DNA from: Nanoarchaeales archaeon
GTDB taxonomy: Archaea > Nanobdellota > Nanobdellia > Woesearchaeales > UBA583
DNA: 50,375 nt
Assembly (NCBI GenBank): GCA_013215525.1
Contig: JABSQY010000005.1
Span: 1 to 50,375, forward strand
Direction of reading: 5' to 3'
The first letter of the stretch is position 1. Every line of letters starts with the position of its first letter. The translations under genes were made by a program, and so were the position numbers. Positions 1 to 9,872 of this stretch are shown here, piece after piece. The notes below the pieces were generated by a model, which saw only the letters and a program-made list of their open reading frames with translations, was not told the DNA's origin and searched no databases.

Positions 1-183
1 ATCTGTTGTCAATATTGGCATGCAGAGCAGCTACGCTCTCGAGGATAAATGCTGAAAGCATCTAAGCATGAAACCTCCCTCTAAAAAAGATACATTGATC
101 TCTCATAAAAGATGAGTTTGATAGGCTCGGGGTGTAATTTAGAAGCTCACGCGACTAAGTCAGCCCGCGAGTACTAACGATTA
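1..183 (+). rRNA. 23S rRNA, 3' end (partial)
   Basis: Conserved 3'-end 23S motifs GGATAAxxGCTGAAAGCATCTAAGCxxGAAACC and GATAGGCT..GGTGTAA...GTACTAA; GC-rich relative to flanks. The exact 3' end is approximate. Confidence 0.93.
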
Positions 184-474
184 TTTTGTATGAACATACA
201 ACAACTATTCATATTTAACCGCGTATTCCGTTCTGTACATTTTTCATAATGTAGAGAACTCAATTAAATTAAATATTATTCTAAACAAAAACAATTATTA
301 AAACATAAAATTTTACTATCTTCGATTATTTACTTATATTATTAGTAAGAATTTTACTATGTAAAAATTATATTTTATTCAAATCTTATTAATTTGATAA
401 ATTATTTACATAGTATTAACTTTATTTAATTAAAAATAATTACTTTTATAAATTAAAAACATTATATTAATATT

Positions 475-2352
475 ATGGTTATTGAAATTTTATCATCTGA
501 GTTAATTGATCAGATTGCTGCTGGGGAAGTTATTGAAAATCCTTCTGCTGTTATTAAAGAATTAGTTGAAAATTCTATTGATTCTGGTGCTACTGAAATT
601 GAGATTGAATTAGTTGATTCAGGTTTAACTTCTATTAGAATTATTGATAATGGGTGTGGGATTTCTAAAGAAGATTTATTAAAAGCTCCATTACGACATG
701 CTACTTCTAAAATTAAATCATTTAATGATTTATATTCTATTAATACTATGGGATTTCGAGGTGAAGCGCTTGCATCTATTTTTTCTGTTGCAAAAACTAG
801 AATTATTTCTAAATTTAAGGATTCTGATTTAACTTTTGAAATTAATTCAGAAAATATTTCAGGTGTGATTACAAGTTCTTGTTCTAAGTCTACAACTATT
901 ATTGTTGAAGATTTATTTTATAAAACTCCTGCGCGTAAAAAGTATTTAAAATCAAATACTATGGAATTAAAATCTATTGTTGAGATTGTAAATCGGTTTG
1001 AAGTTTTTTATAATAATATTAAAATTACTTTAAAAAATAATAATAAAATATTAATTAATAAACCTAAATTTGAATCAAAATATGATAATTTGATTTATGT
1101 ACTTGGTAGAGATTTAAAAAATAATTTATTTGAGTTTGATGAAAGTTCTAATGGGATTCGTGTTTATGGATTTATTGGAAAACCAACTTCAATTAGTTAT
1201 TCATTTGTTAAAAATCAATATTTTTTTGTAAATGAAAGATTTATTAAATCAAAATTATTACGTGATGCTGTTTATGAAGGTATGCGTAATACTTTAATGG
1301 TTGGACGTCATCCTTTGTTTGTGTTGTGTGTTGATATCGATCCTGAAATTATTGATGTTAATATCCATCCTACAAAAATTGAAATTAAATTTGAGAATGA
1401 ATTAGAAATTTTTGAATTTTTAAAATCTGCTGTAATTAAACAATTTGAAACACAGACAAATTTTAAAGAGTTTGAAGAACCTGTTAAAGAATATGATCTT
1501 GATTTATCTGATAAAATTAATGTTGTTAAACCTTATGATTTAAATTCTACAAATAAATTAAAATCTTTTGTCAAAGAACAAAAAAAAGATGTTTCTAAGT
1601 ATTATACTTCTGATTCTCAAAAAAGTTTTGAAGTTAATGAGGATGAAGTTGAATATGTGAGAACTCCAGTTGAAGAAATTAGTGAAAATATTTCGGATGG
1701 AGAAAAATCAGTTGAGAGAGAACTTGAAGAAGAAATTATTAAAGGTCCATTGTATGATGAATTATCTGACTTTAAAATTATTGGTCAATTAAATAAAACA
1801 TATATTATGGTTGAAACACCAAAAGAATTATTATTAGTTGATCAACATGTTGCTGAAGAAAAATTTTACTTTGAACAATTTAAAAAACAAATAATTGATG
1901 AAGGGAAATCTGCAGCTACACAGATGCTTATAAAATCTGAAATTATTCATTTAACTACTTCAGAAATGCTTGGTTTTGAAGAAAATATTTCAAGTTTAAT
2001 TAGTGTAGGTTTTGAAGTTGAAAAATTTGGAGATAATGAAGTTATTGTGCGTGGGGTTCCTGTGTCTGTTCGTCGTAATATTTTAAATGCTAATGATTTA
2101 AAAGATATGCTTTATGATGTTGTTGTTAATAAAAAAATTAAATGTGTTGAGGATGAAAAATTTTCAAAAGTAGCATCAATGGCGTGTCGTATCGCTATTA
2201 TGGCTGGAGATGAATTAACTATGGTTCAAATGAAAAAAATAGTTGAAAATTTAAGAACTTTAAAACAACCTTTTAATTGTCCACACGGAAGACCTACATT
2301 TTTAAAATATTCTTTTTATGAATTAGAAAAAAAATTTAAGAGAGTTGTATAA
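475..2352 (+). CDS. mutL: DNA mismatch repair endonuclease MutL
   Basis: IAAGEVIE..KELVENSIDSG, GFRGEALAS, DVNIHPTK, C-terminal DQHVAEEK, ACR and CPHGRP endonuclease motifs. Confidence 0.97.
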   Translation: MVIEILSSELIDQIAAGEVIENPSAVIKELVENSIDSGATEIEIELVDSGLTSIRIIDNGCGISKEDLLKAPLRHATSKIKSFNDLYSINTMGFRGEALASIFSVAKTRIISKFKDSDLTFEINSENISGVITSSCSKSTTIIVEDLFYKTPARKKYLKSNTMELKSIVEIVNRFEVFYNNIKITLKNNNKILINKPKFESKYDNLIYVLGRDLKNNLFEFDESSNGIRVYGFIGKPTSISYSFVKNQYFFVNERFIKSKLLRDAVYEGMRNTLMVGRHPLFVLCVDIDPEIIDVNIHPTKIEIKFENELEIFEFLKSAVIKQFETQTNFKEFEEPVKEYDLDLSDKINVVKPYDLNSTNKLKSFVKEQKKDVSKYYTSDSQKSFEVNEDEVEYVRTPVEEISENISDGEKSVERELEEEIIKGPLYDELSDFKIIGQLNKTYIMVETPKELLLVDQHVAEEKFYFEQFKKQIIDEGKSAATQMLIKSEIIHLTTSEMLGFEENISSLISVGFEVEKFGDNEVIVRGVPVSVRRNILNANDLKDMLYDVVVNKKIKCVEDEKFSKVASMACRIAIMAGDELTMVQMKKIVENLRTLKQPFNCPHGRPTFLKYSFYELEKKFKRVV

Positions 2353-3270
2353 ATGGATTTTAATAAAGTTTTAATTACTTCATATAATCATTGTGACTTA
2401 GATGGTTTTAGTTGTAGTTTAGCTTATAATGAATATTTATTAAATTTGGGAGTTGATTCAGTTGTAAAATTTGAGGGTCCGATTACTTTAGAAGTATCTA
2501 TAGTTTGTGAAAAATTTAATTTAAATTTTGATTTGGGAAAAAAATCAGATTTTGAAAATAGAGAAATTGTATTATTAGATCATTCATCTCCTACTCATAT
2601 TTCTAAATTTATTGATATCTCTAAAGTTGTTTTAGTTATGGATCATAGAAAAGTTCATAATGCTCATTTATTTAAAAATGCAAAAACTCAAATTGAATTA
2701 GTTGCATCGTGTGCTACTTTAATTACTGAAAAATTTATTGAAAAAAATATGAAAATTTCAACAGATATTGCAAATATTTTATATTTAACAATTATGTCTA
2801 ATTCAATAAAATTAAATGCTAAAATAACGACCAGTAGGGATAGAGAAGCTTTAGAATATATTAAACAATTTCAAAATATTAAAGAAGATTTTATTGATAT
2901 TTTATTTAAAAAAAAATCAATAATTACTAATGTTACAGAAGCTTTATATAATGATTTTGCAGTATTTGATAAATTTAATTTATGTATTACTCAACTTGAA
3001 ATTTATGATGTTGATTTATTTTTAGAAAAAAATATAAATGAAATTTTAGATTATATTTTAATTTATAAAAAAGAAAATAATTTAAAATATACTTTTTTAA
3101 CTTTAATTGATTTAAAATTATGTAAAAACTATTTAGTTTGTAATGATTTAGATTTACAAGATATATTAACTACTACATTTAATAATACTTTTAATAATAA
3201 TATTCTGGTTCAAGATAAGATTTATTTCAGAAAAGAAATAGTTCCTTTAATTTGTGAAAAATTAAATTAA
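2353..3270 (+). CDS. ppaC: DHH-family Mn-dependent inorganic pyrophosphatase (family II, PpaC-like)
   Basis: DLDG, LLDH, MDHR, ASCATL motifs and C-terminal RKEIVP, typical of PpaC. Confidence 0.8.
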   Translation: MDFNKVLITSYNHCDLDGFSCSLAYNEYLLNLGVDSVVKFEGPITLEVSIVCEKFNLNFDLGKKSDFENREIVLLDHSSPTHISKFIDISKVVLVMDHRKVHNAHLFKNAKTQIELVASCATLITEKFIEKNMKISTDIANILYLTIMSNSIKLNAKITTSRDREALEYIKQFQNIKEDFIDILFKKKSIITNVTEALYNDFAVFDKFNLCITQLEIYDVDLFLEKNINEILDYILIYKKENNLKYTFLTLIDLKLCKNYLVCNDLDLQDILTTTFNNTFNNNILVQDKIYFRKEIVPLICEKLN

Positions 3271-3364
3271 TTTTATAAATTAATTTATTTTTAATTTTAA
3301 AATTTAAAAATTTAAAAATTTTATTTAATAATTATATTTGTTAGATTAAAGATGCTAACAAAAC

Positions 3365-3372
3365 TTTATATA
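3365..3372 (+). promoter_or_regulatory. Archaeal TATA box (TTTATATA) with A-rich BRE-like flank, ahpC promoter
   Basis: aaaacTTTATATA about 21 nt upstream of the ATG at 3394; same spacing recurs at several other genes. Confidence 0.55.
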
Positions 3373-3393
3373 CTTAGTTTGATATAAACTAAT

Positions 3394-3957
3394 ATGGTTA
3401 AATTAAATATTGACGCGCCAACTTTTAAGACAGAGGCTTACCACAATGGTGAGTTTAGAACAGTTAGTTTAGATGATTACAAAGGAAAATTTGTAGTTTT
3501 ATTTTTCTATCCTGCTGATTTTACATTTGTATGTCCTACTGAGTTAGAAGATATGGCAAATAATTATGAAGAATTACAAAAAATGAATGTTGAAGTTTTA
3601 TCAGTTTCTACTGATACACACTTTGTACACGCTGCATGGCATAATGAATCACCTATGATTGGAAAAATTAATTTTCCTATGTTAGGAGATGCAAATCATG
3701 AAATCTCAACTGCATATGATGTTTTAAGAGATGGACAAGGAGTAGCAGATAGAGCAACTATTGTAATCGATCCTGATCAAAAGATTAAGGCAATTGAGAT
3801 TACTGATGAACCTATTGGTAGAAATGCAACTGAATTATTAAGAAAACTTAAAGCTTTAATTTTTGCAAGAAGTAATCCTAGTTTAGCATGTCCTGCTAAA
3901 TGGGAAGAAGGAAAAGATACATTAAAACCAGGTTTAGACCTAGTTGGTAAATTATAA
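3394..3957 (+). CDS. ahpC: 2-Cys peroxiredoxin, alkyl hydroperoxide reductase C
   Basis: FYPADFTFVCPTE, GRNATE, CPAKW, LKPGLDLVGK. Confidence 0.96.
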   Translation: MVKLNIDAPTFKTEAYHNGEFRTVSLDDYKGKFVVLFFYPADFTFVCPTELEDMANNYEELQKMNVEVLSVSTDTHFVHAAWHNESPMIGKINFPMLGDANHEISTAYDVLRDGQGVADRATIVIDPDQKIKAIEITDEPIGRNATELLRKLKALIFARSNPSLACPAKWEEGKDTLKPGLDLVGKL

Positions 3958-3977
3958 TTTTGACTTTGTCAAAATTA
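3955..3977 (+). terminator. Hairpin overlapping the ahpC stop codon, possible terminator or stability element
   Basis: Perfect 10-bp inverted repeat TAATTTTGAC-ttt-GTCAAAATTA followed by a T-rich tract. Confidence 0.4.
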
Positions 3978-4038
3978 CTAATTATTTTTATTCTAGTTGT
4001 AACATCAATTTAAGTAATAAGTTTACTATGTTAAATTT

Positions 4039-4689
4039 ATGACTAATAAAATTATTCCAACAGTTTTTGCACTTGATACAGAAACTTTTGAAAAAAAATT
4101 AAAAATTCTTGAGTTTTGTGAAAATATCCATATTGATTTTATGAGTGGAGATTTTACTCCAAAAGCTACAGTTAATTTTTCAGAGATGAATTCCATATTA
4201 AAATATCCTAATAAAACTTTTCAAGTTCACCTAATGGCTAAAAATCCAATTCAATATCTTAATTCAATTAAATTCTTAAATATTAAAACAGTTTTGATTC
4301 AAGAAGAAGTTTTTGAGACTAAAGATGATTTATCAAATTGTATTCATCAATTTAAAGATGAAGGGATAGATGTATTTGTAGTTTTAAACCCTGATACTTC
4401 ATATGATAGAGTTAAGAACTTTTTTGACATTATTGATGGGATTATGCTTATGTCTGTTTTTCCTGGTGCTGAGGGTCAACCTTTTATTGAAAATACCTAT
4501 AATAAAATTGAAGAATTAAAAAGTATGATTGGTGATAGTTTCCCAATACAAATTGATGGTGGAGTTTCAGATTTGAACTCAGAATTACTAATAAAAAGTG
4601 GTGCAAATAATTTATGTGTTGGAAGTTTTGTATCTAGTTCAAAAGACCCATTTTCAAACTATCAAAAGTTAGTAAATCTAATCAAATAG
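4039..4689 (+). CDS. rpe: Ribulose-phosphate 3-epimerase
   Basis: HIDFM, VHLMA, LMSVFPGAEGQ, IQIDGGV, VGS motifs. Confidence 0.92.
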   Translation: MTNKIIPTVFALDTETFEKKLKILEFCENIHIDFMSGDFTPKATVNFSEMNSILKYPNKTFQVHLMAKNPIQYLNSIKFLNIKTVLIQEEVFETKDDLSNCIHQFKDEGIDVFVVLNPDTSYDRVKNFFDIIDGIMLMSVFPGAEGQPFIENTYNKIEELKSMIGDSFPIQIDGGVSDLNSELLIKSGANNLCVGSFVSSSKDPFSNYQKLVNLIK

Positions 4690-4767
4690 TATAAATTTAT
4701 TAGCATTTTTTTCACGAGTTTAGGTAAAACAAAGATTATATATACCATTTTTTTCATATTATATTTA

Positions 4768-5073
4768 ATGGTTGTAAAGGTTACTTTGGACTACGAATTT
4801 TATGAGGTGCTTAATGCATTTCCAATTCTATCTAATTTTTTTGAAAAGGATTTGAAGCTTTCTTTAAAGAGAGTAGTTGAAGGAGAATCAGTAAATGATT
4901 TTTTTGAGAAATTTAATTTATCTTTATTTGAGAAAGATACAGTTTTAAGACAAGTTAATACAAAATTAAGAGAGTTTTTCGCTAAACCTTTGAAATTGGC
5001 AGTTGCTGATGATGCACTTGTTGAAGAAGAATATGTTGATGATATTGTGTCTGCTGATGAAGAAGAGGAATAA
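4768..5073 (+). CDS. Small hypothetical protein, DUF1858/ScdA_N-like N-terminus without Cys, acidic tail
   Basis: TATA box upstream; VTLD..FYEVL..FP....FF....ESV pattern loosely resembles DUF1858. Confidence 0.55.
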   Translation: MVVKVTLDYEFYEVLNAFPILSNFFEKDLKLSLKRVVEGESVNDFFEKFNLSLFEKDTVLRQVNTKLREFFAKPLKLAVADDALVEEEYVDDIVSADEEEE

Positions 5074-5118
5074 TTTTAAAATAATTAATGATTTATTTTT
5101 ATTTTAAAAATAAAATAT

Positions 5119-5589
5119 TTAAAGATTTTGTTTTTTCATGTGGTCTTCTATAATTTCTTCAATTCTAGTATTTCCAAATTCAAATTCTCTAGTCTTGATA
5201 TCACGATTAGTTTTTTCTACAGTATATCCTATTTTTTTAACTGCACTTTCTATTATATTGCATGTAGTGAATACATATGTTTTATTAGTTGGAAGAAATT
5301 TTATATTTTCTAATGGTTCTGTTATAAATCCATCTACAAAATAAAGATATAAATCTGATTTAGGTACTTTTTCATTATTAAAATGATCTAGTAAATCGCA
5401 GATGTGAATTTTATTTTTATCAAATCCTTCTTTATTTATTCTTCTTTTCATTATATCGCATGGGTATAGTGCGTGTGGAGTTAAATACAGTTCAATATCG
5501 TATTTATTACTACTATTTAATTTTCGATATTTGAAAAGTGAGTTCATGTGTGAATCATCATAAATTGTAATTTTTGGTTTTGTTGCCAT
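5119..5589 (-). CDS. Hypothetical protein
   Basis: Open frame; start moved to ATG at 5589 (MATKPK) to leave a divergent promoter gap before the TrmB gene. Confidence 0.6.
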   Translation of the reverse strand: MATKPKITIYDDSHMNSLFKYRKLNSSNKYDIELYLTPHALYPCDIMKRRINKEGFDKNKIHICDLLDHFNNEKVPKSDLYLYFVDGFITEPLENIKFLPTNKTYVFTTCNIIESAVKKIGYTVEKTNRDIKTREFEFGNTRIEEIIEDHMKKQNL

Positions 5590-5646
5590 ACTTAAGTAAC
5601 TCATAAATATTATATAACTAACTGTTGCACTAGTTACTGATAGCAA

Positions 5647-6381
5647 ATGATTGATAAATTAATTGAGATAGGATTAAATAAAAGTGAAGCTAAAATCTAT
5701 TTAAGTTTAGTACATAAAGGTTCAGCTATTGCCTCTGATTTAGTTAAATCTACAGGAATACATAGAAACATTATATACGATAATTTGGATAAACTTATTT
5801 TAAAAGGTCTTGTATCTTATATTACTGAGGGTTCAAAAAAAAGATTTTTTGCACAAAAAGCTGATTCTCTTGAAGAATTTGTGGATGAAAAACAAAAAAT
5901 ACTTGATGAAGAAAAACAAAAAATTTCAAAATTAGTTCCTCAAATTCAAGATATTTTAAATTCATCAGATTCTAAACAAGATGTTATGATTTTTAGAGGT
6001 AAATTGGGAATTAAAAAAATAATTTTAGAAACTTTAACTTCAGATGAGTTTTGGGTTTTTGGAGTTAGTAATGCTTCAGTTGATTTATTAGGTGAACTTT
6101 TTTGGAAAAATTTTAATGTTAAGCGAAAACATGGAAAAATTAAAGAACATTTACTTTATAATCCAGATTTTAAAAATGTAGTTAATATTGAAGAAGATAA
6201 TTTAAGTGAAACTAGAAAATTACCTAATGAATTAAATCAAGTAACAGAATTCTTTTTATTTGATAATAAAGTTGCAATTATAGTTTATTCTGAAGATCCA
6301 ATTGCGATTTTAATTGAAAATAAACTTGTATTTTTAGTATTTTTACAACAATTTAATTTTTTATGGAAATTATCAAAATAA
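5647..6381 (+). CDS. TrmB-family transcriptional regulator
   Basis: IGLNKSEAKIYLSL...HRNIIYDNLDKLILKGLV wHTH; C-terminal FDNKVAII...FNFLW effector domain. Confidence 0.9.
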   Translation: MIDKLIEIGLNKSEAKIYLSLVHKGSAIASDLVKSTGIHRNIIYDNLDKLILKGLVSYITEGSKKRFFAQKADSLEEFVDEKQKILDEEKQKISKLVPQIQDILNSSDSKQDVMIFRGKLGIKKIILETLTSDEFWVFGVSNASVDLLGELFWKNFNVKRKHGKIKEHLLYNPDFKNVVNIEEDNLSETRKLPNELNQVTEFFLFDNKVAIIVYSEDPIAILIENKLVFLVFLQQFNFLWKLSK

Positions 6382-6418
6382 TTTATATTTTTATTAAAAA
6401 TATTTATGCTAATTTAAA

Positions 6419-6724
6419 TTACTTCAACATGAAACGCTTTATATGTTCACATCTAGGACAAGTATAATTTTTTGTCATAGTTTTGGAATCAAATCTAATT
6501 TTTTGTAAATTATCTTTTTCAAAGTATAATGAACATTTTTGACAGAATAATAATTTTTGTTCTCTTGTTAATCTAATATTAAATCCTTGTGAAATTTTTT
6601 TAATTTCTCTAATATAATGATTGTCAAATTCAGGATTCTTACGACTTTTTAGCAATTCTATAAAAAAATCAAGGTTTTCTTTTCCCAAATTTGCTTGAAG
6701 TTGTTTTCTATCCTTATTTTTCAC
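6419..6724 (-). CDS. rnp4: RNase P protein component 4 (Rpp21/Rpr2)-like Zn-ribbon protein
   Basis: IRL..EQK..FCQKC...YTCPRCEHIKRF; GTG start. Confidence 0.75.
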   Translation of the reverse strand: MKNKDRKQLQANLGKENLDFFIELLKSRKNPEFDNHYIREIKKISQGFNIRLTREQKLLFCQKCSLYFEKDNLQKIRFDSKTMTKNYTCPRCEHIKRFMLK

Positions 6725-6738
6725 TTTTTATTTTATTA

Positions 6739-7242
6739 TTAGAATACTTTTCCATAATCTAATTTTCTTGATTTAGACATGTATGTTAGAAATTCTTTAT
6801 CTCTATGTGACATACAACCTAAATTATCTTTATTGTATACTACAATTTTAAATGGAGCTGAACTTGTAAACTCTACTTGTTCAACTTCTTCAACAAATAG
6901 ATTTTCAGCTGTAACGTATGATTTCATTGCTTTCTCATCTAATTTGATATAATTTTTAGTAGGAATAATCATTTTACTTCCCTCTAAACTTAACCTAAAT
7001 TTAGTTTCAGAATGAAAAATTCCAAAATAAATTCCTAATGAATTTACTCTTTCCAGATTTAATTTATCAATGTCAATTTTAGATAACATGATTTTATCTT
7101 TTGAAGTTATATACATGATGTAATCATTTAGAAAACTTGTATCAAATCCATAATCTATTTCTAAATTTTTAATTAAATCTTTTGTTCTTTCTTCATTTAA
7201 TTTTGTAAAATTCATAAATTTAGGGCCTTTATTTTGTCTCAT
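6739..7242 (-). CDS. Nip7/PUA-like ribosome biogenesis protein
   Basis: LGIYFG....FRLSLEG pattern of Nip7 pre-PUA proteins; next to rpp21/spt4. Confidence 0.6.
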   Translation of the reverse strand: MRQNKGPKFMNFTKLNEERTKDLIKNLEIDYGFDTSFLNDYIMYITSKDKIMLSKIDIDKLNLERVNSLGIYFGIFHSETKFRLSLEGSKMIIPTKNYIKLDEKAMKSYVTAENLFVEEVEQVEFTSSAPFKIVVYNKDNLGCMSHRDKEFLTYMSKSRKLDYGKVF

Positions 7243-7316
7243 TTTAAAATTAGTGTTTTGTATTTATTAAATAAAATTTATAATTTATTATATTAAATTA
7301 TAAATTTGTTATTATA

Positions 7317-7505
7317 TTAGTATTTGATTGCAAATTTACCGTTTCCAGTAGTTTTTGCTTTATCTGCAACAACTGAATTATCATTTTCAAAAATTACAAT
7401 TGTTCCTTTGTACTTATCAGCAAATTGTCTTGAATTACAATTCCCGCAAACATCTTCTTTAGTCAAATGTCCACATTCTTTACATGCCTTATCTTTTACT
7501 ACCAT
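7317..7505 (-). CDS. spt4: Transcription elongation factor Spt4 (RpoE2)
   Basis: KACKEC..CGNC Zn ribbon, S.VA, GKFAIK; directly downstream of rpoE1. Confidence 0.92.
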   Translation of the reverse strand: MVVKDKACKECGHLTKEDVCGNCNSRQFADKYKGTIVIFENDNSVVADKAKTTGNGKFAIKY

Positions 7506-7506
7506 T

Positions 7507-8037
7507 TTATTCGCTTGTTAACCAGTTTTCACATCCTAAACCTGGTTGTCTCATTGTTAATCCAACTTTCACGTTTCTGATATCTCTAAAAGATACAGCA
7601 ACAACAGCTGCTTTTACTTTGTCTCCAGCTTTTAGGCTTTGACCTGTTTCTGTTCCTTGAATCATTCCAGTATTACTGAAAGATACTTGATCAATCATTG
7701 TTTGAGATAAGTGAACCATACCATCAATCATTCCAAGATTTACAAATACTCCAAAGTTAGTTACTGAACTTACTTCTCCTTGCATTACTTCATGTAATTC
7801 AGGTTTAAATGTAATGATTGTAAATTCTACAACATAGTGTCTAGAAGCGTCTTCAGGTAACTTAAAACCATCACCAATGGAATCTACTCCTTCAACTGTG
7901 ATTACTAAACCGAAATCTTCAGTTGTTTTATCTTTATAATTTCTAATCAATTGTTCTTTAATTGATTCGTTTAAATTTCCGTTAAATAATTCTGGACTTA
8001 AATCCACATAATCTTTTAATTTTATTTTATAGAACAT
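7507..8037 (-). CDS. rpoE1: DNA-directed RNA polymerase subunit Rpo7 (E')
   Basis: FKPELHEV..GEV..FGVFVNLG.IDGMVHLSQ S1 domain, KVGLTMRQPGLG. Confidence 0.96.
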   Translation of the reverse strand: MFYKIKLKDYVDLSPELFNGNLNESIKEQLIRNYKDKTTEDFGLVITVEGVDSIGDGFKLPEDASRHYVVEFTIITFKPELHEVMQGEVSSVTNFGVFVNLGMIDGMVHLSQTMIDQVSFSNTGMIQGTETGQSLKAGDKVKAAVVAVSFRDIRNVKVGLTMRQPGLGCENWLTSE

Positions 8038-8218
8038 CTTAAAAAAATAAGTTGAATTGTGTTTATAAAGTTTATTATCTACTGATTTTATTTAATTTAT
8101 AATTTATTTAGAATTATGGACTTTAATTACTTTAAAAAGAGAAAATAGATGTTTTATTTTATCTTTTTTTCTTGATTTTTTTTATATTTCTTTTAAATTT
8201 ATTTCATATTTGTCTTGA

Positions 8219-9367
8219 TTATCTATGTTTTTTTACCTCATTTTTCACCATAATTTGAAGATTTTTTAATAATTCTTGAGTCATTTTTGGAATATTCCAT
8301 TTTTCTTTTTCGTGTGAATGTAAATCCTCGTCAACGATTGAAGAATGAATTTCTTTATCAACTGAGATTATGTGGTTTCCATGTGAGAGTAATAATTTAA
8401 TGTCAACTTTTCTCATATGTGTTCCTATTGTATTCCCAATTGTTTTTACAGATAGTTTAAGATTATCATAATCTGACATTTTTGCAATTTTATCCATTGC
8501 TCTTCTTGAATAAATATCAATTAATTCATATTCATCTTCATATAACTTTCCTCCTCCAAGTATTTCTAAATGGTATTTTTCTACTTTATTATCTTCTCTA
8601 ATTAATCTAAATATATCTTTATATGAAAGCACAGTGTAGATTTCATTATCTTGATTACTTTGTGTTTCAGCCTCATTACCATTTGTTACAATGATTGAAA
8701 CTAATGATTTATTACTTAATATTTCAAGTGCATCTCGTATAGTTGAATGTTTAGATATTGTTAATGGTTTTTTATTGTAGATATTTGAAATTGGTAAATT
8801 TAATATTGAATCTTGTTTTTCACTAAAATATGAAGTTTTTTCATGATTACCATTTTTAAATAATTCATTTACAAGTAAATCCATTGGTCTAAGTTCTCCA
8901 ATAATTTGTAGTTTGTCAAGTACTGGAAGTAAATTTGTTTTTTTAGTTTTAAATAAAGATTTTGCAGAAGATATTTTATCATCTTCGTTTAATGCAAAAA
9001 TTTCGTGTCTACTGTTTGCTGAATCTATTGTTTGATTTAAAAAGGTATAATCATTATCTAATATTTCTTTAAATGCATCAGATAAATCATATATGTCATT
9101 TTCACTTGCTTTTATTACTAAATCGCCAGATTCTATTAATCTATTTAAACAATCACATTTAATTTTTGAATCACAATTTGAAAGCGGACGTTTGAGTGTT
9201 TTTAATTTCTCATTAACATCCTTTACATTTAAAGCAATTTCTCTAAAGTCCACATATGAGTTTCCATTTTCAAGGATAATATATCTTGAATTTTTTTTAT
9301 CATTTATTTCTTTTAAGAAATTTCCTACAGTGCTTTGCTCGTCGATTTTATAATAATTTTTTAACAT
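8219..9367 (-). CDS. Multi-CBS domain protein with C-terminal HPF/RaiA-like domain (candidate ribosome hibernation factor)
   Basis: CBS motifs (LLPVLD..IIGEL..DLL; PISNIYNKKPLTI..TIRDAL); C-terminal ~120 aa with a beta-alpha-beta-beta-beta-alpha pattern ending WNIPKMTQELLKNL. Confidence 0.7.
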   Translation of the reverse strand: MLKNYYKIDEQSTVGNFLKEINDKKNSRYIILENGNSYVDFREIALNVKDVNEKLKTLKRPLSNCDSKIKCDCLNRLIESGDLVIKASENDIYDLSDAFKEILDNDYTFLNQTIDSANSRHEIFALNEDDKISSAKSLFKTKKTNLLPVLDKLQIIGELRPMDLLVNELFKNGNHEKTSYFSEKQDSILNLPISNIYNKKPLTISKHSTIRDALEILSNKSLVSIIVTNGNEAETQSNQDNEIYTVLSYKDIFRLIREDNKVEKYHLEILGGGKLYEDEYELIDIYSRRAMDKIAKMSDYDNLKLSVKTIGNTIGTHMRKVDIKLLLSHGNHIISVDKEIHSSIVDEDLHSHEKEKWNIPKMTQELLKNLQIMVKNEVKKHR

Positions 9368-9692
9368 TTTGTATCACCGATTCTCTATGACGTGACTACT
9401 TATTAAACCTTATTTACATTTACTAAGTTACAAATATCTAGTCGAAATTTTTAACTTTTGAAACTTATATAGTTTTCGTTTTTTGTGATCATTTATTATA
9501 TTTATCAATATTTTTTATTATTTTTATTATATTTGTTTACTTATGAGTTTTTAGAAGACTTGTAAAGTTAAGAAAAATTAAAACTTTCTAATTCTTTTTG
9601 AAATCAAAAATATTCAAAAAGTTTTTAAATAGATTTTAATTTATTTTAGTATTGAGAAAGAAATTCATTAGTTTGAACTTTACTTAATTTAT

Positions 9693-9767
9693 CCTCCTTT
9701 AGTGTAGCCCGGCCTATCATGCCACCCTCTCACGGTGGCGACTCGGGTTCAAATCCCGAAGGGAGGG
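9693..9767 (+). tRNA. tRNA-Glu (anticodon CTC), no encoded CCA
   Basis: Acceptor CCTCCTT/AGGGAGG, anticodon arm CCACC-CTCTCAC-GGTGG, T arm TCGGG-TTCAAAT-CCCGA, archaeal-type D loop AGCCCGGCCTA, followed by a T run. Confidence 0.96.
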
Positions 9768-9872
9768 CTTTTTTTATTCTAAAATTTTATTAATTAAAAT
9801 TTGTTAGAAATATTTGTACTATTCTGTTTATTTTTTAATAAGTAAAATTTAGTATATTAATTAAAAATTTAA

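Noticed and set aside
7274..7307. 14-bp perfect inverted repeat downstream of spt4
   Set aside because: Composed only of A/T in very AT-rich DNA; function cannot be supported
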